Assembly: GCA_964304625.1 (NCBI GenBank)
Contig: OZ199840.1
Span: 3,423,631-3,487,630 of the forward strand
DNA length: 64,000 nucleotides
DNA from: Kudoa neothunni
Lineage: Eukaryota > Animalia > Cnidaria
Direction of reading: 5' to 3'
Part shown: piece by piece, positions 1 through 14,719 of the stretch
How the letters are laid out: each line of letters opens with the position of its first letter
How positions within the stretch are numbered: the stretch's first letter is position 1
Program-made: the position numbers and the translations under genes
The notes under the pieces: model-generated
Seen by the model: only the letters and a program-made list of their open reading frames with translations
Told to the model about the DNA's origin: nothing
Databases searched by the model: none

Positions 1-199
1 TGATATGCAAGTTTCATCTCTGCCAAATATTCCAACGAGAAGTTAAAAAGGAAAATATGGAATAAATTCAGAGAAAAAATTGTAAGTATGAAAAGTTTCG
101 ATGAAATAGTTTATAGTATTAGTAAGGACCAATTTGATCCCAGATGTGATGAATTATATGGGCGCGGATTTTACAACCTCAATATTTATTTTGATAAAA

Positions 200-560
200 T
201 ATGGAAATTAATCGTAAGTGAATGGGTCGTTGGTGTAAGTTATGCTGACAATTATTTTAAAATTGCACAAATGAAAGATCGAAAGCGTTGTTAAGAAATT
301 TTCAACTCCGCAAGAATTCTTCATATCGTTCTTCTGTTATCTGAAATCCATCAGAATTGAGAGAAAACATATAATATAATGGTTACCAAATATTTCCAGT
401 CATATGATATTATAAGTAATAACGGAACTTTCTATCAATACCATACTCGTCTGGCACTTTACGCATCTAACATTATTATGGAGTAACTTTCCAAAATAAA
501 AATTATAAGGAAAATGAGTAAAGCATCTGTTATTGGGCTTGCCAAAAAAACCATCAAGAA
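200..560 (+). mobile_element. Decayed LTR-retrotransposon (Ty3/gypsy-like) integrase fragment
   Basis: Broken frames give I-I-S-N-N-G-T (cf. integrase IxSDNG) near 410-430, with weak V-x-x-D and S-N remnants; many stops. Confidence 0.3.
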
Positions 561-1419
561 GAAATGACTTAATTTTTTTTAAATAAAATTATTATCTATT
601 ATTGATTCAAAAAATTTGTGACTCAATGAATTTAATAAAACTAGTATTTTAACAAATCGATAAAATTGTTGTATGAAAAATAGTAAAAATGTAGAAATTG
701 CTAAGATGCCGACAAAAGATGGATACAAACATATTTGAATTAAAAAATAAGTGGTAGTTTGGCGGCTGCAGTTTTTTCTACTATTTATAGCCGCTGGAAT
801 TAATTGTGAAAGTTAGCTGATACACATGCCACATTGGCGTTGGTGGATAATTTGAATTAATTGGCTTAGGATAACATAAATTAGTATTTAATGTTACTAA
901 ATCGGGAAAAATATAATTTTGATATATGTAAAATTATTCAAATATGGTTTTAATAGACAAATTTTCCATTTAAAATTCTTAAAAAAATTTATAAAATTTC
1001 TTAGGATAAATATAGTCTATTGTTTTGTGAAATCGAATTTTTAATAATTTACGTATTCTAGGAGATACTCCCACCCATGCAGATAACCGCGCATTTTTAG
1101 CAAAGCACAGATTAGCTCTTTCTGTATTGACTAAGATACCTGTTGTACTCTATAATATCCATTTATTTTATAATAATAATAATAATCCTCGGTAAGTTTT
1201 TATTTCGCGAATCATGATTTCTTGAATTATCGTCAAAAGAAACCCGCTTTTAGTCACAACATATGAGATTTTAAATGAATATTTTACAATTTTAAATAAG
1301 GCGGTCTCGATACTTTGTGTATATAAATACTCGACTCTCATCGAAAGTTCAAGATTATCAAAAGCGGAACAGAATAAGTTTTATAATTTAAACTAAATCA
1401 CTTAAATGGCGAATTTTCT

Positions 1420-1480
1420 TTAACCATCGAATACCTGGAGGTGGCCGGTGGCCACTGTGGTTAATCCACGCTTATTATAT
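1420..1480 (+). mobile_element. piggyBac-like element end (TTAA|CC...)
   Basis: ttaaccatcgaatacctgg matches ttaaccctcgaatacctgg at 63821 (18/19), with a TTAA target followed by CC. The partner end is not clear. Confidence 0.45.
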
Positions 1481-2436
1481 CAATAACTTTTACAAAATAT
1501 TTTATTTCCTTTTTTATCTACGTGTATTTTATAGTATAATGATACTTTCAAAAATATTAAAATAATGGAGTTTTAAGTTTAATTCCTTTTTTAAAAATGG
1601 AAAAAAAAATTATACACATACCTAACCTAAACAGGCCCACCGTGGCCAACATATAAACAATAACGTTTAGATAGTTTAAAAAATGTAAAAAACCTTTCTG
1701 AAGTAAAATAGAAATTATAAATGTACATTGAATCAAGGAATTTTTTTCAAATTAATTTTTTGTTTCTATAACAACTCGATTCCGTTAACTAATTTAATCT
1801 AGCATGTAAATCGCGCATTATATAATTTTGTTAAATTTCACATCAACAAAAAGTAGTAAGGTAAATATAAATGTTCAAGTGTAATTTAAACCATCTTACC
1901 ATAACTCAAACATTTGAAATCTAAAAATCCTTGGACTATATATATATATATATATTTCTTATTCATATAATAATTTATAATGCTAAATTTCAATTTATAA
2001 AGTACGAATTTATATACTTAACATATTTCTGTTAACAGAGAAAGAGATTTCGCTAATGGGAGAGTATACGCCTAACCAAAATCGGCATTTTCTGCATGTT
2101 CAACATTTCCGTTTTTTTTCAAAACTTATTGCACACGATTTTTAAATATTGAGTGAACAATGAAAACTTAGAAATCATAACCTTAAAAAATATGAAAAAT
2201 ATGTGCCTTCGGGAAAAATCAGCATGCACCGACGCTTAAGCGCATTTTGGTCTTAAGTCGTTTTAAACTCTATTTAATCATTTAAATAACTTTATACAGC
2301 TAGTTTGGGTTAAATTGATTAATGATGGCCTTAATCAAAATTAAGGAATACGATAACAACCGATCCTGTTATTTATTTTTGGATTTATCGACGTTTCATC
2401 GCCAGTAGGAGGTTACTTCAGGTGTTATTTTTGTTA

Positions 2437-4182
2437 TCTATATCTACTATCTTCTATATATAAAAGTTGAAGTGTCCGTGTGTGTGTGTGTCAGAAAGTA
2501 CGCATATGTGACAAATTTTTTTCCGTATATATAGACACTTATTAGATTTTTAATAGTTTATGATAATTAAAAAATTCTTTTATTTGTTGTTACATTGATA
2601 GAAGTTCCAAAATAATATAGGAAATTGTGTTGTCCTCGGTGTCAGGTTTGTTAAGCGGATTACGTGGTTTTCAATAATAGGATTATATTTATTTATGACG
2701 ACATTTAACTATACTGAGTTTCTGCAAGTTCTTTTGAAAGTTTTTAGTGGTTCAGACTTAAGCTATATATCCACCATTTTAAGATACATTTGTTTGTATT
2801 GGAACTTTTAATATATTTGGCTCGATAAATGCATTCTGAAACTTCTATAGATGGTTTTTAGTATAAGAAAAATACGCAAATTTGTCAAATTCATGGAGAA
2901 TGGTAGCGTATGTTATAATCAGATAGATTCAAACCTAAAATACTGAAACCAAGTCCTCAAATTTCATTAGTGTCCGTTTAACTTACTTTTAAACGATATG
3001 ATTTAATATATAAATTGAAATATACTTTATTTAATTATTTAAAAGTTTTTGTTATATTAAGGGGCTATACAGGGATTTTGAGGGATAAGGAGAAAACTCT
3101 TCCGCACACACGCAACAAATTCCCGATTTACAGATGGCGGCGTTAACGAATTTATTTTCAAATTACTTTTGATTCAACAAAATCAATAAACGATTTTTAT
3201 GAAAACTATTTCTACTAAAAACACTATGAAACAATACAAATCTTGTAGGTGCCAAAATAGATCTTGACCGGTTAGACTGAAAACGACTATGAATAAAATT
3301 GAAAATAATTTGTCAAACGATAATTATAACCACGTTATGAATTAAAATGAAATATTAAAAATACTTTTGACGTTAAGAATTAAAAAGTTGGCTAAAAATT
3401 GCATACACCACACATAAGATATATTCGGTTGCAATCAATACAATTAAATTGTGTGAACATCCAATTTCAGATAAAAATTAAATAAAAAAGAATTCTAAAT
3501 ATAAGAAAATTGATTATTATTTAGAGTACGAGCAATTTTACAACCATATACAATTAATGGGAGAATGCCATCCAAAGATTTTCTTATCGTTTGTATACTT
3601 TTCGAAACAAACAAAAGATGTGTCATTTTAAATGTTTTCATTACTATTTTTTCAAAGTGTGAGATGAGTTTTCTTAGATGTATTATCATAGATTTTTAAT
3701 TATCAGCTTTTATTGTTTTTATAAAAGAAACAACAGTCATATCTATTTTTTTCTTTCACATTTTGGCCAGTGCATGTAAACAAAATTACAGGAGACTGAA
3801 TTAAAAACTGAATATTTTAAAGGTATTGGATTCCTCCATTTTATAAATAAATAAATTAACAGTTCCACCTCGAGCATGCGCGGCCGAGTTTTTCTTTTGC
3901 GAGTTTGAAGAATGCACATGTAAAAATGTGTCGGATAATGTTATTAATTTGAGAAATAAAAATTAATTATTGAAAGTTATTATCGAGGTATTCAGGCTTG
4001 GCTACTTTCATGATCTCAATTTTTTACTGTGCCCATCACAGCCTTTAAAAATATGATACTAAACAATATTTATTTAATTTCTCCTCTGGTATAATCAAGA
4101 GTCATATTTCTTTATTTGTTGACCGTATTCTTCCATGATGAAATTTTCCAAATCCCCGGCGAAGCTGAGCATTTAGCGCTAG
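2437..4182 (+). mobile_element. Non-autonomous Helitron
   Basis: 5' A|TC...tctatatataaaag followed by (GT)n (exact TC start 2437-2450); 3' GC-rich hairpin-like ccccggcgaagctgag ending GCTAG|T at 4182. Confidence 0.65.
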
Positions 4183-4499
4183 TAATAAATATTTTAATAA
4201 AATTGGGGATATAAAATAAATAATTTAAGTTTTCCTTTTCTTTCCAAATTTTTCTATTGCATCGGGAATTTTTTAAATAGAACTAATATTAAAATTATAT
4301 ACAATTAAAATGTTAAATATGTTAAATTTTTTTAATCTGCCCACTAAAGTGAACGATGGGAATGAAAAGCTTAACTTATTTATACGTATGTTTGAATTAT
4401 ATATTAAAAAAGATGGGGTCCGTAAATTACAAAGGTTAAGAACCACTGCATTAGCTAATTAATTAACATTATTATTATATAAAAAATATGTACTAGAAA

Positions 4500-5060
4500 A
4501 TTTCCAGAATAAATTACTTCATATCTCAATCATTTTATATAGATGAAGCAGGGTTTTCCAGTTCAATGAGATCATTCGGTAGATCGATTTCTGAGACCAG
4601 AGCAAATTCCGCGATTAAAAGTGTCCACCTAACAAAACAATATCAATTTCGGCTATAAACTCGGAAAGATTTTGGACCTTTCATGTGAAACGTAGATCAG
4701 CAAAACAAAATATTTTTCGTCTTTTCACCAATGAATTATTCAGTGATTTAGTTCACGAAGAAATCAAAAGAGCTATCTTCGTTATTACAGTGTTAGATTC
4801 CATACAACATATTTAATCATGGAATTAATTCAGACGAGTAATCATAAGCTTATATTTTTACAATATATTCGCATTTTCTTAATTGTATTGAGAAATTTTT
4901 CTATCAATTAAAAACGACTGTAATGAATAAAACTCGAAAAAATTAGGAAGAAATACTACACACTATTATGGAGAGTTCCATCGAAGTTACCTCACAAAAC
5001 TGACGTAATTATTCAAATCACACTGAATCTTATTTTCTGCGGTCATTGAATATGGAAGAA
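4500..5060 (+). mobile_element. IS630/Tc1-mariner DDE transposase fossil
   Basis: YIDEAGFSSSMRSFGRS (first catalytic D), ...VRFH (second D region) and YSHFLNCIEKF (SPxLNPIE motif), interrupted by frameshifts. Confidence 0.7.
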
Positions 5061-5574
5061 ATTAATAATTAATTTTAATATTTTATTTCTAAGAAAGTTG
5101 CATTTTGATTTTACACGGTTGAAATTTGAACTAACCCAGTTGTATTATGATCCTACATATTGGTATTTAAGGCGCGTTTTTTGCATTTTGGTTTCACCTA
5201 GCTACATTTAATCTTGAAATACTGTATATCATCACCGATTATTACTGAGGAAATGTCTACACGCCAATGAGTGTACCTGGAGTTTACTGCATAAATGTTC
5301 ATTTCTCCGATGTTTTCAGCCTATTTTATGTTGAAAATCAACGTTAATGATTACTTAAGGAGAATAAAATATATCGGCGGCTTTTTAGTTTAACATTATA
5401 CAAATAATGCTGCTGACAAATAAATTCATGTAAATAACTCTAGAAACAATAATCCGCTTAATATTCGTTATCGAATTGTTAATCTAGGTGTCTTGTTCAC
5501 AATAAATAAAATTGAGATGAACTGAATGGATGTAAATGTAATGGTTGATTACATGAAGGACGTGACCAAAGCCA

Positions 5575-5630
5575 ACGGATGCGCGGGGATTCGAACCCCA
5601 CCCGCGAAAATTCATTACACTAAAGCATAT
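5575..5630 (-). pseudogene. tRNA(Gly-like) pseudogene / SINE head lacking the anticodon arm
   Basis: Minus strand reads atatgctttagtgtaatgaattttcgcgggtggggttcgaatccccgcgcatcc: A-box-like tagtgtaatg, T-arm gggg-TTCGAAT-cccc, partial acceptor stem ATGC/GCAT, no anticodon arm. Confidence 0.55.
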
Positions 5631-6460
5631 TTTACTGGGGTCAAGAAATATCCCTGTCAGGTACACGCGTTTTATTTTGGAGATTTTTACAAGGTAGGTG
5701 TATCATTTCACATACAGAGAATATGAAGAAAACATTCATGCTCCGAAATTATCTACAAAATACATGCTTTCTCAATAGGATGCGATTAATCTTAATTTAT
5801 CAGAAATTTAGTTAGTTTACTGAGAACCGATAATCATAAAGAATTTATCGTCTCAACCTTTCTCCGATAGATTTAAATTACTTTTCTTCTCATTCATTTT
5901 AATTATTTTAAAATATTTAATATAATGTTTTTATGATAGCTACAAATTTTATAGGATCAAAATGACTTATGTATTTCGCTTAATCAAAACTAAAATAAAT
6001 ATCAAAACGGAGAAGTTTATGTTCCGCTAAAAAGAAAAAAAGATAAGATTATTCATACATTTTTAATATTTTCCGTCGTTTCTATAGATTAAATCGACTA
6101 ATATTCTAATAATTCACAAGCTTCACTAAGATTTAGATTTAGAAAGTAACCCCGTAATACTCGACCGCTAGCTCAACTTACTTCGTATTGATTATATCGT
6201 ATTGTTAGAGGGATATCATTCCGAAAAAAATGTCATTTTCCACCACGAAAATTGATATCAATAAAGAAACAACACACTACGAATTTTTTTAAACTTAAAT
6301 TGTTCTATTTTATTTAACTAATTTAAGACTATTTCGATATTATGTTATATTCCGAGAGAAAGATAATTATTTTATGCATGCAACCACCAGTTATAACAAT
6401 AATAGAAACATACAATCAAAATAATAATGGAGGGTTATCTAAACAAAAACTACACTTAAA

Positions 6461-7842
6461 TTAAGCAACAATTTTTCTTGCACGCAAAATATATCCTCCA
6501 CCGGCATCCATCGTATTCAGAGGGTGAGTTCTGTTGGGGGCTACTTGATATTCTCTCAACCAGGTCTCTGTCATCAACAAATCCACACAATTTTTTTTGT
6601 TTTTCAACTTCACATAACATTCAGTGAGAGGTTCACGATACGGATGATAGACAATAATTGGAGAAGATGGTAGCACAAGGTCGAATAATTGTTCGATTAT
6701 TTCAAAAGGATTATCGTGCTTTGTCGCAATAACCAACGAATGATATTTCTCTACAACAATAAAATCAAAAATTCCGCCAAAGAATAAACACAAACTTGAA
6801 GAAACTAAGGGAAACGTCTCCGAGGTGGGAGGTAACACTTTATCCCATGGGAATTTCTGATAATTGGATCCCATAGCAAACAACTCAAATTGAAGTTGTT
6901 TGAAAATGTTACAAGTGTCACTCCTGTTGGCAAAGTCCAAATGACATAAGAATCCTCCAATGTAGCTTTTTTGGTTGGGATCGAAATAAACCAATTTTTC
7001 AAATAAGGCAGCAGCAACGAGTCCTTCACAATTTTCCACCAACAACACCTAACACAATAAAACATTTATTCGGTTTAATATTTTCACAGTTGTACTCACA
7101 TTTAAATTAAATGCAGCCTCACTATAGTAGACCAACTGAGCTAAGGTATCAGGTCGACAGCTTAACACCTTTTGGTATGAATTAGTGTAGTAGGTTTCCG
7201 CTAACGTTTGTACAGTTGGCTTGCTCACGGTAAAAATATGGCAATGTCTAAAATACATAAATAAATCAGCAAACTGGAGGCAGCGGTCTTCCATGTATTA
7301 TACTTTCTAAGTTTCTTTTTTATGTACTTTTCCTGTGAAAAGGGATTCTTTGCCAGAAATGTGCTGCTCCCGTCCACTATATATTTGAGAAGTTCGTTAA
7401 TAGATACATTTTGAGCTTTCAACTTTGAAATATCATCACATGTGACTTTTTGAGCATTGTGCTCTGAAGTGTTTTTAAGAAACTGATTGTTGGCGTTATA
7501 ATTAGGTTGCTCCTGAGCAGAAATTAATGAAGCTTTCAGTTGTTCAAAAAATTCTTTCTCATTGATTTCCATTATAGATCCATCTGAATTACGATAATAT
7601 GTACGATCGAATAATGTCCCCTTGAGGTATTCGGTTTTCACGTATACATTTCTTGTAATCTTAATTTTATTGCCTTTCACTATACGTTCGCACTTTCGAT
7701 GACCATTATATTCAATAATTACAAAATCATCATAATTGACATAATTTTTAGAGTCGGTTAGATTGAAAGAATCGGTAGGTTGGTGACTGGGTGAGTGGCT
7801 CACTATTTCCATTGATGTTAACTGCGCCGCCGAAGGATTCAT
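6461..7842 (-). CDS. TRM6: tRNA (adenine-58-N1)-methyltransferase non-catalytic subunit (Gcd10/TRM6)
   Basis: Motifs F-S-Q-E-K-Y-I-K-K-K, R-P-D-T-L-A-Q, E-T-W-L-R-E-Y-Q-V-x-P-x-R-T-H-P and GGGYIL. GT-AG introns 7248-7303 (56 nt) and 7049-7099 (51 nt) join the three ORFs; a possible extra in-frame 45-nt intron lies near 6751-6795. Confidence 0.92.
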
Positions 7843-9999
7843 CGTTTAAGTATCTAAATACAGGTTGATTCGCTGTGACTTGTTTTTCATTTAATCCGCC
7901 TTAAACCACTTAAGAAAAATATCCCAATGAATCCAAGTTCATTGAAATCTATTATTTAGCAAAGTAAAAAACGATAGTTTGAAGGTTTCTGGGTTTATTC
8001 GCCACATATCCACATTACCAGAATGATATAAATATTTATTTTTTTAAATTTCTATTATAGTTTGACGTATATTTAAAATATTAATTTTACCGCTTAGCTT
8101 TAAATTGATTTAAAAAGCGAATAAAGCAAGTAATTCATCTATTTACTTTTGCACATGCTCACTGGAGCACAATTTTAGAATCACAAAGCTTAAACCCTGA
8201 GCAGCTTTATGTGTTTAACCCTATATTATTAGTAACCCGGAATCTGCTAAGCACATCTATAGATGATATTAGCTTTGTGAATGTTAAATATTTGTTGCAA
8301 CCATAAATATCATGCAGATTAATGGGATTTCTTTCGTTAGTCTTTGCAATTCACTGAAACTACTTATACATTTATTATTGTAAGCTTATCTTGTTCAAAA
8401 TATAGATTATCAAAGTTTTAGTATCAACATTTGGTTTTCTGTATTAAACTATGTTCTTTATGAAAATAAGACGAGTATAATTTAACTTGGATGTAAATTT
8501 TTGTTGAGTAAATAAACTACTTTTAGCCAATCTTCAGTTTAAGTTGTTTATAAACTTGGAGTTTTATTATCAATCCGCAATAAGCTCTATTAAGTTACGC
8601 TGGACTTTTGAAGTTCATGATGATTATAGCAGAATAGCATTAGGTCCCATTTCTCATCCTTCTTTGTTGAATATTGGTTTAACAGCTCAAACAATCGCCG
8701 GTATAAAATAAAAACAAAAAAATAAGTTAAAAAATTCTCGAGATGTTACGAAGGATTTATTTAAAAAATTTAATAATTTTTAATTCTCCACGACAGGTGG
8801 AACTTTGATCTCATAATGATTGTATATCACACCTAATAATATCTGCTTTGGACATGTTTTTTGGCAGATAGCATTCGGAATAAGGGACGAAAATTTAAAA
8901 ATTTAAATTATATAAATTTGGTATTATTTCAAGATTATTTGGTTTGTTTAAATTTTTGAATAAACTTATTTTATTAGTTTTGTGAAAATAATGAATATTT
9001 TTCACAACTATTAACCCAATATCTCATACATTATATGATCACCACCGTTTTACTGACATATCTGTTCGATATTAATTACTATTATCTGTTCGACACAGTA
9101 AATAACTCAACAAACAGCAAGAATAAAATTGAAATTTAATATTGTTCAGTATCATTTATTTGTAGAATAAATTCAATCATGTTTTCTCTCCTTACACATC
9201 TCTTAGGAATAACATAGAAAAATGTATTAAAAATCTAAAATGAGGTATCAAATCTATTTCTTTATTCGAAAAAATGATATCAGTCTACCTCAATAAGTTC
9301 CGTATTACTATTTGAGTCAAAAGCAATGATCAACAAAATATTCACCTAAATAAATTTTTAGATTACAAAATCAAGCTGTATTTACTTCGTCATTAATTTT
9401 AAGAATCAATATTAGATTGTTATGAAAATGAAAATAATTTGGAATTATTAATATGATAATTATTCGAATTTTGACATGCACAAAACATGGATGGTTGCGA
9501 GATTTGAAAATTTTAGTGCTCGTACTTGTTTAATAAAAGTTCGTTTCGCGAAAAAATTTATAATAACACTAGAAAATTCTCAACCAGTATTTATAAAAGC
9601 ATCATTATGCTATTTAACAAAGTTTAACTTTTGTTTTAAAAGAATTATTAAAAGAGAATCCTGCAAGGGAGAAACGATGGCTTCAAGAGCTTAGCTTAAT
9701 TAATTATTTCTTATCGTAATTAAAAATATACACAAATAATGATTAAAATTGAATAAAACGAAAGATGCAACGAAGTACCTATAATAATCATTAGATTTTT
9801 TACTCTTCAAAATTTGATTGAAAATTAATTTAATTTTTATCTACTTATTACCATATATAACTAAAATAAAACAGCAACTTTGACATAATAAAGGCGTAAT
9901 AACATCTGCATTAAATTAGATTAACTTATAATAATGATAAGAAGTATTTGATAGGCTAAATACAATATTTCAAGGTCAACTTGCAACCATTATGTGCAC

Positions 10000-10480
10000 C
10001 AAGGAGGAATGTAGGGTCGTTCTCCAGTGTAATTAGATCTTATTGTACCTGTAGCGAGAAATTCTCTTACAAATATTCTAATTGCAAAAAGATATGAACT
10101 ATTATTTGTTTATTTATGTCCAAAAATTTTAATTATGTGCTCGAATATTTTAATATAAGCCTATAGAAACGACCCCAAATAATTTTTATGGACGAATCTG
10201 GATTTTCACTATTTAAGTGGCAATCTTTGATAGATTATCATTATTTGTCGCAGAAAATAATGTAATTTGCTCTATAAGATCAAAAAATATTACACTTACC
10301 GCTGCTATCAGTTGTAATAACGTGTGGGCTTTTAAAATTTGTGGAGGTTACTGAATCAAAATGTTGTTTCAGAATATCATTCAAGTTTTCAGGGATTTTA
10401 ATACTAATAGAGTTCCAAATGTTTGATTATCATGGACAAAGTAAAATTCCATAAGACTAATGTTATTGTTAATAAATTAA
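10000..10480 (+). mobile_element. IS630/Tc1-mariner DDE transposase fossil (second copy)
   Basis: IIFMDESGFSL near 10180 and IIMDKVKFHK near 10426, with stops and frameshifts between. Confidence 0.7.
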
Positions 10481-10940
10481 TTAACCTAGGCACGGTGTGG
10501 TTTCGCGATTATACTCCCTATTTTTCATCAAATTTTGAGATTTTTTATTTAACCCTCTAACGATCTTAGAAACGCTACCCCCTAACACTTTTGGGGTAAA
10601 AATTATCCCACTTTTTTTATTGCGCCGACGTGTGTAAAAAAATAATTAATTGAGGAGTAAAAAATATTGTTAAATTTAAAAGAGTAGAACCATTGGAATA
10701 TTGTATTAATTACGCCAAATAATCTCAAACTAATCTCGATTATGACATTATCGGGATATATCGACGTTCTCCGTAAGTGTTTACAAAATTAAAGTAACGT
10801 TATCGACTAATAAACAACTCATTTAAAATTGGAGAATAAAAAAACCAAAATAAGCACAAAAATTAATTTTGGCATTATAACAGAATTTCGAGGCATAGGT
10901 GGAGAAATAAGACTTGCAGCAATTATGACACCATTTAGAG

Positions 10941-12418
10941 CAGTGTTTCCCTACAGGGGGTGCGGGAGTCATTCTGGAATAAATTTAAAAATTAACCTTA
11001 GTTTATCCGCTTCGTAATTTTCGTTAATCCCCGTACAAATCATGTGAGGACGTAAATCTTCTAATAACATTTTTGGTTGTTTTGATATCAATTATATTCT
11101 ATTAAAAAACGAGACATGACAATTTATTTAATTTATTCTGTTTGATTCTACGAAATAGCGCAATAAAGTAATAGTTTATATTAAGCCTATTCAGCTTACA
11201 AAATCTACCGCTATGTTCATGTAAAATTATAACTTTATTATCTTTCAAAATAACATATTTATATGCTTAAGCTGTAAGTAGGTTGTCAGCATTTTTGTGT
11301 TCTTAGAAATAATCTATATCCATAAAAATAAGACCACGATGCAATTTTAACTTTGTCTTCTGTCTAAATTTGAGATCCATCATTTAATCGTGTAATTTTC
11401 ATTGTTACGTTTCAAGTTTTACTTTAAAATTTGTACCTATCCTCTGATATAAATCTAAGTAAAATTATTCTTTAAAATATAGGTAAATCAAGGATCCAGC
11501 ATTCATTTATACATATAAATAAATGAAGGACAGTTTTAACAATATGTATTAGTTATTTTTGTTCAAATATATTTAGAAGGCATATTTTTTGAATCTATTG
11601 AAGTTTTGTTAACTCACCACCTCAAAATTTAAGTCAACACATGACTCAATATTGAATAAGGCAGTTGCCAGATTTATTCAGCACAAGATAGTATACGAAA
11701 CAAGCTAATCGATTTTATTATATACATATAATAAGTATTGGAATTTATTAAACATCGGAAACGATTTTCAGGTTTCATAATTCAACATGATGTCCTGCTT
11801 TGAATTACTTATGAAAAACCAGCGAGAGCAAGAGAGCCGAAAAATCAAATAAATATTAAATAACAATTGATTTTGAAATAATGTTTCTTGTGAACTATAC
11901 GAATTGGCTATTTTTATTCGGCTTGTTTAATCTTCATCTTTAAGTACAGAACTTATTAAGTGACCATACTTTTTATAGTTTGGTATTACTCTTTTATTTA
12001 TTTTTTGCGTCTAATATTTTGGAATAATTATAATAACATAATTTATTATAATTATTTATCACTTTACATAAGAATGGTATATATAAGCAGGAATGAATAA
12101 TAGCTCCAATCATTGAGTATTAAGTCATGAATAGTGAAAAGATAATGTTCATCCCTTTTCAATTATGCATAGAAAATTGAGATAACCAAAACATTTCAAT
12201 TTTAATTTATTTTAGAAGTAACTGGGAAAATTTGTAAGTTAAAATATAAACTAAAATAATACAGATTATAATTTAAATATATTTTTCATTGGTATTATTA
12301 TTTTCGTATTCAAATAAAAAGTATAATTGAGTCTTTACATTCACATGGAGGAGGGGGTACGAAGTGAACGCAGAAATTACGATGGGGATACGGGTGTAAA
12401 ATTTGTAGGGAAACACTG
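10941..12418. mobile_element. hAT (Charlie/SPIN-like) non-autonomous element
   Basis: Perfect 15-bp TIRs CAGTGTTTCCCTACA / TGTAGGGAAACACTG; flanks atttagag / ctctatac resemble a decayed nTCTAGAn 8-bp TSD. Confidence 0.8.
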
Positions 12419-13129
12419 CTCTATACCTTTTTCTATAACCTGTTTGTTGGTTTCTAAAATATTATTTTTAACCGCAGTATATACGCGCCTAAGTAAACGA
12501 CTATGTATAGATTGAAAATCACTGTGATATTCATTACGCGAATGTGGAATGTGGATTTGGGTATCCTATACTAAAGTTCAGCAATGAGACGCATTTAAAA
12601 ATCCTTACTTTAAGGAATCCTAAAAATAGGGGAGAAATTAACAATTAGACTTAAAAAATGTATTTAATTAAAGTTCATTACATCTTTTGTTTTTGAAACG
12701 TCCAGTAACCTTTTAAAATTTAAATAGGCATTTTTATAATCCGATTTTAACATTTTAGTGGATATTCACGCTGTTTTCATCTCGATTGGACATGATCGCG
12801 TGTTGATCGTGAAATAGTGTACTTAAAATTTAATAGATTTAAATACTATTCATTGTGTAGTTACTATAATATTATAAGGGTGTTACTATTCATAGAATTT
12901 ACATGATGTTTTTTTGTTAACAAACTTATTTAAAATAATAAAAATAACACACGGAAACATTTTTCAACATGTGAAAGTTTATGCTGCTCGAAAAGTATCA
13001 CAAACACATAGAAGGGCTAGAATAATAACAACTTAAATCTACTTAAAAATATTTAAAATCTATCTATTAACTTCATACATAAGCTACGGGTGGAGTGATC
13101 AAGCATTGCATTATCACTGATGAAGACAT

Positions 13130-13320
13130 AGTTCGGTGGCGTGACGGTTGGAGACATTATCCGAAGGTATTGAGTTCAACCCCGCTGTCGCTCAGCTTAC
13201 CGTCTCGGTACGAGTCACTATATATTCCTCAATGGAAGCTGTTGGTACATTGAGATTACACTCCAATATGTATTTTCACTTGAAATTATAGTTCAGCCAT
13301 ACAGAGGAGGTTGAATTAGG
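13130..13320 (+). mobile_element. tRNA-derived SINE-like element
   Basis: A-box-like tggcgtgacggt and B-box-like gagttcaaccc at tRNA-like spacing, followed by a GC-richer body; abuts the Helitron 3' end. Confidence 0.4.
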
Positions 13321-13325
13321 CTTAA

Positions 13326-14510
13326 CTAGCTGGAACTGCCCAGCGTTGCTTGGGGAAGATTTCGCCTAGAGGCATTTTTTAATAGCATTCAAAAAATATA
13401 TTGAAATCTCGAATTAACCCATAGAAACAAAATAACCAAAAATTTTTAAATAACTTACTATAACGACTTGGATTATGCAATTTAAATTATGATAATTTCT
13501 GTGAAGGAAAGTATTAATCCCTGCGTCCATTTAAAAATTTCGTGGCTCGGCATCAACGCTAAACAAGTTAAGGTCAACGTTGTATTTATTTTTAATTCCG
13601 AATTATTTAAATCCCGTTAAAGTGTTATCTAAAACGTTATTTTTTGGCCCGGAGGATTTTTAAAAGTCGAATTCTGGCCTGACTCGGTTACTGGGTGCAC
13701 CACTAACTTTTTAAGAGATAAAAAAATAAAAGAGATAGAAGAAAACTTATGAAAATTAATCGATATTGCTAAAATTAGCATCGTTTAGCTCGGCATAAAC
13801 ATACATGCGCTTCTATCATAAACAGCCACAAATTGCGTCGATTTCAACATGAACAATTTAAATAATTTGGTGAAATAAAAGTACAACCATCCGCATTGAA
13901 CTTAATCACGTAAAGTAAAACTTAGCGGACAATTTAATGAAACCTATGAACGCAGTATTTCCATTATAACGCCTCAATCAACGTAACTTTAACGTTCTCC
14001 ACGAATTCGTTATTTATGAAACATATATAGATACTTTAACACATTGAAAACCATTAATAGAACTTATAAAATATACTTATCAAGTCATATACGTTAAAAC
14101 TCCGCAAATAAGGAGTGTGTTTAAACAAACACTCAAATAGAAACGCCAACCTTATATATAAAGATAGATAGAAGAAATTAATGAACATATGATGGAGCAT
14201 ATAAAGGAGATAGTTAACTTCAACCGACCATAACCATGAAATAAGCAAGTGCTAATTCTATAGTTGAACTCATTTAATCCGAAAACAAACTTTAAATCGA
14301 CAAAATCACTATTTCATAAATACTTTTTGGAAACTTTCGTCGTCCGAAAACAATTAAACGATTTGTTTAAATATCGCAAATTTATAAAAATTTTATATAT
14401 GGCTCTCTATAAGGACAAAATTATCCACACATGCGTACCTAGGGGCATACACACACAAACAAACATACCGACAGCCCTCTTATATATATATATATATATA
14501 TATATAAGGA
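13326..14510 (-). mobile_element. Non-autonomous Helitron
   Basis: Minus strand: 5' A|TCC(TA)n...gtttgtgtgtgt at 14510; 3' hairpin cccaagcaacgctggg then CAGCTAG|T at 13326; inserted between A and T. Confidence 0.75.
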
Positions 14511-14719
14511 TAATAGTCGGGGATTAATTAACAGGTGTGAAATGTATATGACGCGAAAGTTCTTGTGGGATAGGGTTTAGTGGTTTCGAAAAAACGAGGA
14601 TGTTTACTGAGGTACATAACTACCGAGGGAGACTAAGAGAGGAAGGGTAGATGTTATTCGTGTTGCTGTGCATACAGCTTTGCTGGATATGGATTACAAA
14701 TCATAACTCCATTAAATAA

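Noticed and set aside
2385-2425. Hammerhead-ribozyme-like sequence on the minus strand (ctgaagta...gaaacgtcg), also ctgatgaagac at ~13118
   Set aside because: The catalytic core is incomplete and I could not build the stems; at most Penelope-type relics.
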